This document shows positions 1-8,046 of a stretch of 22,323 nucleotides of DNA, in pieces. A model generated the notes under the pieces. The model searched no databases. It saw only the letters and a list, made by a program, of their open reading frames with translations, and was not told the DNA's origin. The DNA is taken from contig JBHLMP010000057.1 in the NCBI GenBank assembly GCA_048938025.1, positions 1 through 22,323 on the forward strand. The letters run 5' to 3'. Made by a program: the position numbers and the translations under genes. Positions within the stretch are counted from its first letter, which is position 1. The number at the start of each line of letters is the position of its first letter. Source of the stretch: Promethearchaeota archaeon (lineage in GTDB: Archaea; Asgardarchaeota; Lokiarchaeia; Sigyniarchaeales; SOKP01).

Positions 1-186
1 CCTAACAAATGAAGTAGCAAAACCTCCCGGAACATTATGCTTTTCGAGTAATAAAACTTTTTTCCCTACGTAAGCAAGTTGGCAAGCAGCACCCAATCCA
101 CCTAAACCAGCACCAATAACTATAATTGGATAATTTGAAATAACTCGACTTTTGTCAAGATCTTTTCCTTCCATGTTATTTACCAT
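1..186 (-). CDS. NAD(P)/FAD-dependent oxidoreductase, phytoene dehydrogenase/retinol saturase-like (N-terminal fragment, runs off the window edge)
   Basis: Not in the ORF track. Manual translation from ATG 186 (alternative ATG 174) gives MVNNMEGKDLDKSRVISNYPIIVIGAGLGGLGAACQLAYVGKKVLLLEKHNVPGGFATSFVR. This contains the Rossmann GxGxxG motif and the LEK...PGG...SF motif typical of CrtI/COG1233-like proteins. Confidence 0.85.
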   Translation of the reverse strand, partial: MVNNMEGKDLDKSRVISNYPIIVIGAGLGGLGAACQLAYVGKKVLLLEKHNVPGGFATSFVR

Positions 187-287
187 TTCTAGTTTTGTTT
201 TTAATCATTAGAAATATTATTATAATTCACCTTATAATTTTTTAAAGTTTTATGCTTGTAAAACTTTTTTAAAGAGATTTTTAATCT

Positions 288-1103
288 TTAGCGTCCTATA
301 AAAATCGCATCTCTTTTTTCTTTCAATGCTGCCATTGATTCTTTAAAGTCTTGAGAAGCAAAAAGTTTTCTTAGTGCTTTATTTTCTAAATCCAAGTTTT
401 TACCTAAAATATCTTTAAAGTAGGCATGCATAGTTTTTTTCATCAATTTTATTGATAGACTTGCCCCTTTGGGGGGAATAAGTCTTAAGGCAATTTCTCT
501 AGCATATGAAATTAACTTATTTTTAGGGAGCACTTTATTAACAATCCCTAATTCATAAGCCTCTTGGGCAGAAACTTTTCGACCAAAGTAGCAAATTTCT
601 TTAGCTTTTTGAAATCCAACTAAAAAGGGCAATATAAAAGTAGCTCCAAATTCGGGAATTATGCCTCTTCTGCTAAAGTAAAAACCAAACCAAGCATCTT
701 CAACCATATAAATAAGATCTGCTCCAGCTAAAGGCATTGTCACACCTCCCCCTATAGCCATCCCATTAATGGCAGCAATAACAGTTTTATTAAAATCCCA
801 GAATTTTAAACACAATTTTTTCTGTGCTATATCCATAAGATCAATTTCTGGATATTTCTTCATTTTAGGAAACATATCTTTTTTAAAGTATCCTCCTGAA
901 GTGAAAGCGTTGCCCTTTGGATCCCCGGTTATGATTAACACTTTTGAATTTTTATCCTTTTCCATGTCTTCCAAAGCCTTATATATCTCTATAAAAGTAA
1001 TATAGGTAACGGCGTTTCTTCTTTCAGGTTTACTAATTGTTATTGTACAGATACCATTATCTTCTTTCTCATAAAGAATATCCTCGAAATCTTCTACACT
1101 CAT
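288..1103 (-). CDS. Enoyl-CoA hydratase/isomerase (crotonase) family protein, probably isomerase-like
   Basis: Crotonase motifs ITISKPERRNA, IAAINGMAIGGG, GIIPEFG and SAQEAYELGIVNKV, with a C-terminal DFKESMAALKEKR. Confidence 0.93.
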   Translation of the reverse strand: MSVEDFEDILYEKEDNGICTITISKPERRNAVTYITFIEIYKALEDMEKDKNSKVLIITGDPKGNAFTSGGYFKKDMFPKMKKYPEIDLMDIAQKKLCLKFWDFNKTVIAAINGMAIGGGVTMPLAGADLIYMVEDAWFGFYFSRRGIIPEFGATFILPFLVGFQKAKEICYFGRKVSAQEAYELGIVNKVLPKNKLISYAREIALRLIPPKGASLSIKLMKKTMHAYFKDILGKNLDLENKALRKLFASQDFKESMAALKEKRDAIFIGR

Positions 1104-1219
1104 TTTTACTTAAATCTTTATTAAATTATAATATATACGACAAATGAATTATTTATGTAAAGCTTTATCTATATTTTTGTCAAACTAGTTAACTTAATTG
1201 TATAAGCCATTTTGAAGTT

Positions 1220-1234
1220 AAAAGATTTTATATT
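1220..1234 (+). promoter_or_regulatory. Putative archaeal BRE/TATA promoter for the thiolase-DUF35 operon
   Basis: AAAAGATTTTATATT (purine-rich BRE followed by a TTTTATAT box) about 75 nt upstream of ATG 1307. A GGAG SD-like motif lies near 1291. The AT-rich background weakens the call. Confidence 0.35.
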
Positions 1235-1306
1235 CCATCAACGCATATCAAATATATTAATTATCTTGATATAAAAAAGAAATAATAAGCGGAGATAATA
1301 AAAATT

Positions 1307-2449
1307 ATGGAAAAAGTAGGAATAGTGGGGGTAGCACAAACTAAATATGAGGTAAATAAAATTGATCAAACATGTTCAGATATAGTATTCGAGGTGGTAA
1401 AAAAACTTCATGAGGATTTAGGAATTTCAAATGATGATGTTGGTTGTATAATAACTAGTTCCAATGATTTCAATGATGGTCGTACAATCGCTAATATGGC
1501 GATTCAAGATGCTATAGGAGCTGTGAGAAAAGCAGAATCTAGAGTTTCAGGAGATGGTGCTTTTGCTTACATTTATGGAGCTATGAGAATATTATCAGAA
1601 TATTATGATACTGTACTAGTAGTATCCCACTGTAAGTGTTCTGAAGGAAATCAGTACTTGATAAATAACTCTATCTTTGACCCTTTTTATCAAAGACATC
1701 TAGGATTAGATCAAATCTCAGCAGCAGGATTAATGGCAAATATGTATATAACTAAGTATGGAGTAAGTGAGGAACAAGCAGCGAGAGTAGTTGTAAAAAA
1801 TCGTATGAATGCTTTAAATAATCCTTATGCTCATTTACAAGAAAAAGTCTCATTTGAAGATGTTTTATCTTCTTCAATGCTAGCATATCCCTTGAAAGAA
1901 CTTGATTTTCCACCATTTTCAGATGGAGCTGTGGCTATGCTTTTAGCAAAGGAAGAGATTGCAAAAAAGATGACAGATACTCCCGTTTGGCTTAAAGGTT
2001 ATGGAAGTTGTACAGATGCATATTATCTTGGACATAGAAATATGACAGATCTGGTGGGATTAGAAGGTGCTGCTAAAGCAGCTTACAAAATGGCAAAAAT
2101 ATCTGATCCTATTAATAAGATTGATGTAGCAGAAGTATATGACGCGTTCTCAGTGCATGAATTAATGAGTTATGAAGCTTTACAATTCTGTGCAAAGGGT
2201 GAGGGAGGGAAGTTTATTAATACAGGTGAAACCGAGATGAATGGGGCAATTCCTGTAAATCCATCAGGAGGTGTATTGTCAAGTAATCCTACTATGGCTA
2301 ATGGCCTTATTCGAGTGGCGGAAATCGCTTTACAATTAATGGGAAAAGCAGAAAAAAGACAGATTCCAGATGCTAAAATCGGTTTAGCAAATGGGATGAA
2401 TGGAATATGTTCGCAGGGAAATATCGTACTTATTTTTGGAGGTGAGTAA
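1307..2449 (+). CDS. Thiolase-fold (SCP-x type) protein, Ltp4-like, lacking the catalytic Cys
   Basis: SCP-x-thiolase motifs KNRMNALNNPYAH, SDGAVAMLL, DVAEVYDAF and VNPSGGVLS. The N-terminus (DFNDGRTI...DAIGA...ESRVSGDGAFA) resembles actinobacterial Ltp4 as I recall it. Confidence 0.88.
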   Translation: MEKVGIVGVAQTKYEVNKIDQTCSDIVFEVVKKLHEDLGISNDDVGCIITSSNDFNDGRTIANMAIQDAIGAVRKAESRVSGDGAFAYIYGAMRILSEYYDTVLVVSHCKCSEGNQYLINNSIFDPFYQRHLGLDQISAAGLMANMYITKYGVSEEQAARVVVKNRMNALNNPYAHLQEKVSFEDVLSSSMLAYPLKELDFPPFSDGAVAMLLAKEEIAKKMTDTPVWLKGYGSCTDAYYLGHRNMTDLVGLEGAAKAAYKMAKISDPINKIDVAEVYDAFSVHELMSYEALQFCAKGEGGKFINTGETEMNGAIPVNPSGGVLSSNPTMANGLIRVAEIALQLMGKAEKRQIPDAKIGLANGMNGICSQGNIVLIFGGE

Positions 2450-2450
2450 G

Positions 2451-3611
2451 ATGGAAAACGTTGCTGTTGTCGGAATAGGACAAACTAAGTTTAGAAGCAA
2501 AAGAAGAGATGTTAACATCCCTGAGATGATCTATGAAGCTGTAAAAAGAGCTCTCGATGATGCACAGCTTTCACCTCAAGATATTGATGCTATATTAATA
2601 GGAAATATGGATCATTTTGAAGGGATTAATTTCTCTGAAATGTGGACTGGAGTTGAAGCTGCCCCTGGATATTTGAAACCTGTTATGAAGGTTGCTACTG
2701 GAGGTACTACTGGAAGTTCTCTTGCTATAAGTGGGTATCATTATGTTGCTTCAGGAATGTATAAAAATGTTTTAGTAATAGGATGGGAAAAGTTAAATGA
2801 AGGAGGAGCCACTACCGGGATAATAACTGCTTTTGATCCTATATGGGAGAGACCATCTTTAGCAGGGGCATTAGGTCCACTTGCTCTTATGGCATCTATG
2901 TATCAGGATAAATATGGTGCAACACCAGAACAAGCAGCAAAAGTGACTGTAAAAAACCGTCGTAATGCTGCTAACAATCCATTTGCACATTTACAAATGC
3001 CAGATATTACGGTTGATTATGTTATGAGTTCACAAATGATATCATATCCCTTAAGATTACATGATTGCTGTCCACAGAGTGAAGGAGCTTGTGCTGTTAT
3101 TTATGCTAATGAAGAAGAGGCTAAAAAAATAACAGATAATCCGGCATGGTTTAAAGCTTTAGAAACTGCACATTATTATACCTTTGGAACTGATGATAAA
3201 ATGTACGATCTCCCTACAGCTACCATTGCCTCAAAAAAAGCTTATAAAAAGGCAGGTATCGCTAATCCAGTAAAAGATTTAGATGTAGCCGAAATTTATG
3301 AACCTACAAGTTGGAGTGAATTAGCATGGACAGAAGCATTAGGATTTGCTAAATTTGGTGAAGGAGGGAAGCTATTAGATGAGGGGATTACTGAAATGGG
3401 TGGAGAGTTGCCTGTTAATCCCTCTGGAGGCGTATTAAGCACTAACCCTATTGGAGCAACCGCACTAGTCAGAGTAGCAGAGGCAGCAATTCAGGTAATG
3501 GGCAGAGGAGAAAAGCGTCAAATACCTGATGTAGAAAATGCTTTAGCAATGGGATTTGGCGGTTCACTTTGGACTGAAATTCTAATATTAGGAAAAGAAC
3601 CTATGAGATGA
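2451..3611 (+). CDS. Thiolase-fold (SCP-x type) protein, Ltp3-like, lacking the catalytic Cys/His
   Basis: Start moved from 2400 to ATG 2451 (MENVAVVGIGQT), 1 nt after the upstream stop and preceded by GGAGGTGA. Motifs GWEK, NPFAHLQMPDIT, CPQSEGACAV, DVAEIYEP and VNPSGGVLSTNPIGA closely match Ltp3-type proteins. Confidence 0.9.
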   Translation: MENVAVVGIGQTKFRSKRRDVNIPEMIYEAVKRALDDAQLSPQDIDAILIGNMDHFEGINFSEMWTGVEAAPGYLKPVMKVATGGTTGSSLAISGYHYVASGMYKNVLVIGWEKLNEGGATTGIITAFDPIWERPSLAGALGPLALMASMYQDKYGATPEQAAKVTVKNRRNAANNPFAHLQMPDITVDYVMSSQMISYPLRLHDCCPQSEGACAVIYANEEEAKKITDNPAWFKALETAHYYTFGTDDKMYDLPTATIASKKAYKKAGIANPVKDLDVAEIYEPTSWSELAWTEALGFAKFGEGGKLLDEGITEMGGELPVNPSGGVLSTNPIGATALVRVAEAAIQVMGRGEKRQIPDVENALAMGFGGSLWTEILILGKEPMR

Positions 3612-3621
3612 ATAAATAAAT

Positions 3622-4101
3622 ATGAGTAAAAAGAAAGAAAAGCCTTTTGAGATTAAATGGAAGACTGATCTACCTTATAAGTATGCCATAGGTAAGTTAT
3701 CGGTTAAATTTTTTGAAGAACTAAAGGAAAACAAAAAATTATTAGGAAGTAAATGTCCAAAATGTGGTAGAGTACATTTTCCACCAAGAACAGTATGTGC
3801 AGAATGTTTTATTAAAATGGAGGTAAAGGATCTAGTTGAATTAGATAAAAAGGGGACCTTATTTGGCTTTACGGTGGTTAATTATCCTTTTGTAGATCCT
3901 CAGACAGGAGGTCTACGTCCTTTTCCTTATGGCTATGCATTATTCAAGTTGGATGGTACTGATACATTTACAATGCACTTTCTCGATGAAACGGATCCTA
4001 CTAAATTAAAGATTGGGATGCGTGTTGAAGCTGTATTTAAAGACGAAAGAGAAGGTGATTTAGGGGATATTAAGTACTTTAAAGTTATTAGAGAGGTATA
4101 A
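3622..4101 (+). CDS. DUF35 Zn-ribbon + OB-fold protein (acyl-CoA-binding thiolase partner)
   Basis: CPKCGRVHFPPRTVCAEC zinc ribbon followed by an OB fold (GTLFGFTVV...ALFKLDG...IGMRVEAVF). Directly downstream of the thiolase-fold genes. Confidence 0.92.
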   Translation: MSKKKEKPFEIKWKTDLPYKYAIGKLSVKFFEELKENKKLLGSKCPKCGRVHFPPRTVCAECFIKMEVKDLVELDKKGTLFGFTVVNYPFVDPQTGGLRPFPYGYALFKLDGTDTFTMHFLDETDPTKLKIGMRVEAVFKDEREGDLGDIKYFKVIREV

Positions 4102-4123
4102 AACCATAAAGGGTGTAAAAAAA

Positions 4124-4567
4124 GTGATTGATGAGAAGAAAATATTTAAAGGAAAAATTAAAGTTCCCTATAAACACACTGCAGGAGCATATGTTGAACG
4201 ATTCATAACCGAAATTGGGAAAAATAAAAGAATTATGGGTGTAAAGTGTCCTAAGTGTAATAAAGTATTTGTCCCTCCAAGAATGATTTGTACAGAATGC
4301 TTTGAAAAAATGGAAGAATGGGTAGAGGTTGGAAATCAAGGTATGGTTGTTGGTTTTACTACAATTTCGTATTCAACAGCAGTAATGCCTTTTGAACCGC
4401 CTTTTACTTATGCAATAATTAGATTAGATGGTGCGGACACTGATTTTGTACATATTATAAATGTCGGAGATCCTAAGCAATTAAAAGAGGAAATGCGTGT
4501 TGAGGCTGTTTTTAAAGAAAAACCAAGAAAGCGAATATTAGATATTGAATATTTTCGCCCAGTATAA
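4124..4567 (+). CDS. DUF35 Zn-ribbon + OB-fold protein (second paralog)
   Basis: GTG start. CPKCNKVFVPPRMICTEC zinc ribbon, YAIIRLDGAD and MRVEAVF; clearly paralogous to 3622-4101. Confidence 0.92.
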   Translation: MIDEKKIFKGKIKVPYKHTAGAYVERFITEIGKNKRIMGVKCPKCNKVFVPPRMICTECFEKMEEWVEVGNQGMVVGFTTISYSTAVMPFEPPFTYAIIRLDGADTDFVHIINVGDPKQLKEEMRVEAVFKEKPRKRILDIEYFRPV

Positions 4568-4569
4568 TA

Positions 4570-4590
4570 TTTTTTATTCTTTTTTTTTTT
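4570..4590 (+). terminator. Oligo-T archaeal-type terminator of the thiolase/DUF35 operon
   Basis: TTTTTTATTCTTTTTTTTTTT immediately after the stop at 4567, in a convergent intergenic gap. Confidence 0.55.
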
Positions 4591-4674
4591 AAAATCTATT
4601 ATAAAGATCATTTATATATAATATTTTAAATTCCAAATTATTAACCTAAGTTGAGTTAGATAATTTTAATATTT

Positions 4675-6249
4675 TTAAATTAAACTTTCCCCTATTACAC
4701 TTCTATGAGGTATCTTACCCAAACTTTTTAATAACGTTGGAACAATATCAACAATTTTGCAAAACGGTATTTCTTTATGAGGTATTTCTAATGATCCTCC
4801 TATAATCAAGGGAACAACTGAACTCTCTTTTAACCCAATATCATGAAAATATCTGGTCCTCTTTTTTTTCTTTCCGTGTTCTATATTATACACTACTGTT
4901 CCTTCATTACTAAGAATAATATCACAACTTCTTGGATTTTTAAAATGGCGAGGAATTAAATCGGGATATAATGGAAAATCAAGATGAGATGTTGCAGCTA
5001 ACCATTCATCTATTGAATGAAATTTACCATCTATCAATTTACTAGCTTTGGGATCAGTTAGATAATTGAAAACATCAGTTTCATCATTTTCTATAATATA
5101 TTTTGTCTTATAGTCATGCCCAGTTCCTTTATATTCAATTATTCCCGTTATAATTTTATTTGTGTCTATATATTTCCTCTTTATATAGATTTTTCCATTG
5201 TTATTTGTATTTTTATCATCTCTGTAGTACATTAATTGGGTTCCTTTAATGTTGAATAATTCCTTAAATAAATTTATTCCTTTTTTCCCATAATTTTCAA
5301 GCTCCTTTATGGTTGGTTGTAGCCAAAATTTGTTGCTATTCGAGTTAATCTTTCCTTTAAAATTAAAAAAACCTACACCACCATATTCAGCGAGGTCCAT
5401 ATTTCCTTTTCTATTCTTATGAGGATGATAATGAGTTAATTTATTTGCTATAAGAAAATCTGTTAGGTCTCCCACTTTATCCGCTTTATAATTCCCATGA
5501 TCTGATGTAATTACAATAACAGTATCATTTAAATAACCCATCTCATCCAAATTCTTAACTAAATAGCCTAAAACTTTATCGATATGTAATAAATTCAATT
5601 TATATATTTTTGAATCGAATCCATATAAGTGCATTAATAAATCAGAAGATATAAAGCAAATTAAAGAAGCTATAGGAGGCTCTTTAATGTCAAAAAATTT
5701 TTTTGGACTTTTAAAAGTCTCTAACAACTTCTGTATAATTATCGAATTTGCTCTAATCATTATCCTTTTTGTATTCCGTAAGTACATTAATAAAAGATAA
5801 TACATAGCAAGCTTTGTCTTTCTCTCAGGGAAGATGTACTTTGCACCTTTATTTAAAAATTGGCTTATACTAGCAGTATTTTCATCACCAACCATTTCAA
5901 GGATAGTTTGACAATTATTGCCAACATCTTCGTTCAACTTATATATTTGCATATCTTTAGCGGTATAATCTCTAAGGAAAGGAGGTTTAGTATCACGTCC
6001 CATCCAATTTGCCAAAGGTATTCCATGGCATAATTCTTTACGATAATCTCCTGTGTATGTGCCAGTAGTAATAGATATTTGGGTAGGATATGTTATGGAA
6101 GGGAAGTCTGTTATGCAATTCTTAGAATATATCCCATTTTCCATTAATTTTTTAAAATTGGGGAGTAATCCTTTATCAATATAATCAAAAAAATGCTTGG
6201 ATCTAACATCATCGATTACACAAAAAATTATACGATTAATTTTATTCAT
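4675..6249 (-). CDS. Alkaline phosphatase superfamily, nucleotide pyrophosphatase/phosphodiesterase (type I PDE)-like
   Basis: Metal and catalytic motifs in the expected order: VIDD, FPSITYP (Thr nucleophile), SDLLMH, TSDHG and a C-terminal FH...VPLII...DIVPTLL. No obvious signal peptide. Confidence 0.85.
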   Translation of the reverse strand: MNKINRIIFCVIDDVRSKHFFDYIDKGLLPNFKKLMENGIYSKNCITDFPSITYPTQISITTGTYTGDYRKELCHGIPLANWMGRDTKPPFLRDYTAKDMQIYKLNEDVGNNCQTILEMVGDENTASISQFLNKGAKYIFPERKTKLAMYYLLLMYLRNTKRIMIRANSIIIQKLLETFKSPKKFFDIKEPPIASLICFISSDLLMHLYGFDSKIYKLNLLHIDKVLGYLVKNLDEMGYLNDTVIVITSDHGNYKADKVGDLTDFLIANKLTHYHPHKNRKGNMDLAEYGGVGFFNFKGKINSNSNKFWLQPTIKELENYGKKGINLFKELFNIKGTQLMYYRDDKNTNNNGKIYIKRKYIDTNKIITGIIEYKGTGHDYKTKYIIENDETDVFNYLTDPKASKLIDGKFHSIDEWLAATSHLDFPLYPDLIPRHFKNPRSCDIILSNEGTVVYNIEHGKKKKRTRYFHDIGLKESSVVPLIIGGSLEIPHKEIPFCKIVDIVPTLLKSLGKIPHRSVIGESLI

Positions 6250-6296
6250 AATAAATCAGAAATGGAAAAGATAGAAATAATTGAGATTTTATTGTA

Positions 6297-7622
6297 TTAT
6301 ACTGTATTTGTTAAAATATGTCTATGTTCATATTCTTTTCTGTTGATTGTTTTAAATATTAAAAAACTTAGAAATTGAATTCCAGCCATAATCAACATAA
6401 TCCAGAAGAAGGTTAAATAGTATTCATCAAAAACTGCTGAAAAGGTGGTTATAAGTACACTCGTAATTGCCATTCCTACGGATTGTCCTAAATTCAAACA
6501 AGAAATAACAATAGCAAAATAGGTGCAATTCAATTCTGGGTATTGTTTTGAAAGATCTCCTCGAATAGATTGATATGATGCGGTTAAAGCTCCTTGTGCT
6601 GCGCCTATTAAGAAAATCATAATACTCCCAAGAATGTAAGGTCCGCGAAATAGGACACATGTTATTAAAAATGGTATATACGTTATATTTGCGATATATA
6701 CGGCTAATCTCCGATTTTTATCAGCAATTCTTCCAGTTACAATACTTCCTACAATTACACCTCCCCCATTAATAGCTCCTAGAAGAACGTATACAAGAAA
6801 AGCTTCTAATGCTACGCCCTCTAAGGACAAAGAAGTAACTGGCCCGGATATTGGACTATTTGGAGCGTAGAGTAATATCAAGATGGTATAAGCTATACCA
6901 ACAATTCCATAGGGAATAGAATCTAAAAATGAGAAGGAAAAAACTTTCCAATTTTTACCTTTACTAACAATTTCTTTCATATTACTCCAAACTTGTACAT
7001 TTTCTGGGATAGGACGCTCTTTAACGTAAAAGGGAAAAATACACGATATAATTAAGAGAATTCCTTCAAAAACGAATAATAGTGGAATAGCATCAAAAGC
7101 TAAAAATAGAGCGCCTAAAATGATACCACCCCCCGCATTTCCAAATAAGTTCATTGCCCATGTATATCCTTGAACTTTTCCCAAATTCTCCTTTGGTGTG
7201 ACATCTAATATCAATCCATCCAGGGATGTATCAGCAATAGCAATTCCAATATTCCACATAAGTGCACAAAGTAAAATGTAATCAAGAATGGTATCGCTCG
7301 ATTGTAAATTTATTGTAAATCCAGTAATAATAAACCAAATCCCCGCGTAGATGCCAAAAATCAAAATCCATAACTTTCTCCGCCCAAATCTTTCTGAACC
7401 AAATTTGTCATTAACCAATCCTATCAGAAATTTCAGGGCCCATGGAATAACTGTAATTGAAAAGATCCCTAAAATCACTGCTAAATCTATAGTCATGATA
7501 CTAATTAACCAAAATGGGATTACTATATACTGTATCCCATTATATAATCCTTGAGCTAAGTAGAAAAAAGAAAAAATATATGGGTATGACTTTTTAAATT
7601 CTAACTCTTCTTGATTATCCAT
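6297..7622 (-). CDS. MFS transporter (AmpG/acetyl-CoA transporter/BT1-like)
   Basis: About 12 hydrophobic segments. YLAQGL, PWALKFLIGLVNDKFGSERFGRRKLW (motif A variant of the AmpG/AT-1 type), DTSLDGL and GRIADKNRR. Confidence 0.88.
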   Translation of the reverse strand: MDNQEELEFKKSYPYIFSFFYLAQGLYNGIQYIVIPFWLISIMTIDLAVILGIFSITVIPWALKFLIGLVNDKFGSERFGRRKLWILIFGIYAGIWFIITGFTINLQSSDTILDYILLCALMWNIGIAIADTSLDGLILDVTPKENLGKVQGYTWAMNLFGNAGGGIILGALFLAFDAIPLLFVFEGILLIISCIFPFYVKERPIPENVQVWSNMKEIVSKGKNWKVFSFSFLDSIPYGIVGIAYTILILLYAPNSPISGPVTSLSLEGVALEAFLVYVLLGAINGGGVIVGSIVTGRIADKNRRLAVYIANITYIPFLITCVLFRGPYILGSIMIFLIGAAQGALTASYQSIRGDLSKQYPELNCTYFAIVISCLNLGQSVGMAITSVLITTFSAVFDEYYLTFFWIMLIMAGIQFLSFLIFKTINRKEYEHRHILTNTV

Positions 7623-7740
7623 AGTATTAATTATACTCTTCTATTAATAAATGATATTAAAATAAGAAAAAGCGAATCATTTAAAAGTAATATTTAGGAA
7701 AAATTAGTAATAATTTAAAATATGGAAGCCCCCGGGGGGA

Positions 7741-7769
7741 TTTTCATTACAATGCGAATGCATTGCCAT
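7741..7769 (-). other. tRNA intron 2 (29 nt, T-loop position 59/60)
   Basis: AUGGCAAUGCAUUCGCAUUGUAAUGAAAA. Clear bulge-helix-bulge: outer helix GGGGG/CCCCC, central helix UUCA/UGAA, 3-nt bulges AA^A and AA^U, inner hairpin GCAAUGC-AUUC-GCAUUGU. Confidence 0.9.
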
Positions 7770-7805
7770 TTTGAACCCCCGACCTTCCGATTACAAGTCG
7801 GATGC

Positions 7806-7835
7806 ATAGTCCTACTATTATAAAATAATATTAGT
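7806..7835 (-). other. tRNA intron 1 (30 nt, D-arm, about position 23/24)
   Basis: ACUAAUAUUAUUUUAUAAUAGUAGGACUAU forms a hairpin (CUAAUAUUAU/AUAAUAGUAG). It has a relaxed BHB-like motif with GGUA/GACU as an imperfect central helix. The exact boundary could shift by 1-2 nt. Confidence 0.75.
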
Positions 7836-8046
7836 TATACCGCTAAGCTACGGAGGCATTTTATTTAAAGATAGTAAAAATGAATAAATTATTAATTTTG
7901 TGTTTTTAATGAGCTATAAAAGTAAACACAAATAATTAAAAGTTTTATTATCTTTTTGTTAACCATCAGTATAACTGTTTTGATTTTAAATAAATATCTA
8001 TAAATTTCAGTAAATATAGAATTACAATTGAATATTTTGGTTTATC

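Larger units (their letters stand above)
7727..7857 (-). tRNA. tRNA-Thr(UGU) with two non-canonical introns (exons 7857-7836, 7805-7770, 7740-7727; 72 nt spliced, no encoded CCA)
   Basis: The reverse complement folds as acceptor GCCUCCG/CGGGGGC with discriminator U73 (archaeal Thr type), D-arm GCUU-AGCGGUA-UA^GC, anticodon arm UCCGA-CU UGU AA-UCGGA, variable loop AGGUC and T-arm GGGGG-UUCAAA^U-CCCCC. The anticodon is at 7795-7793. Confidence 0.93.

Noticed and set aside
2400-2450. ORF-track start of the second thiolase-fold gene at 2400
   Set aside because: It overlaps the upstream gene. ATG 2451 has a strong SD and matches the family N-terminus.
7723-7726. Possible genomically encoded CCA on the tRNA
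   Set aside because: After discriminator U73 the sequence reads UCCA, one base out of register, so CCA is probably added enzymatically.
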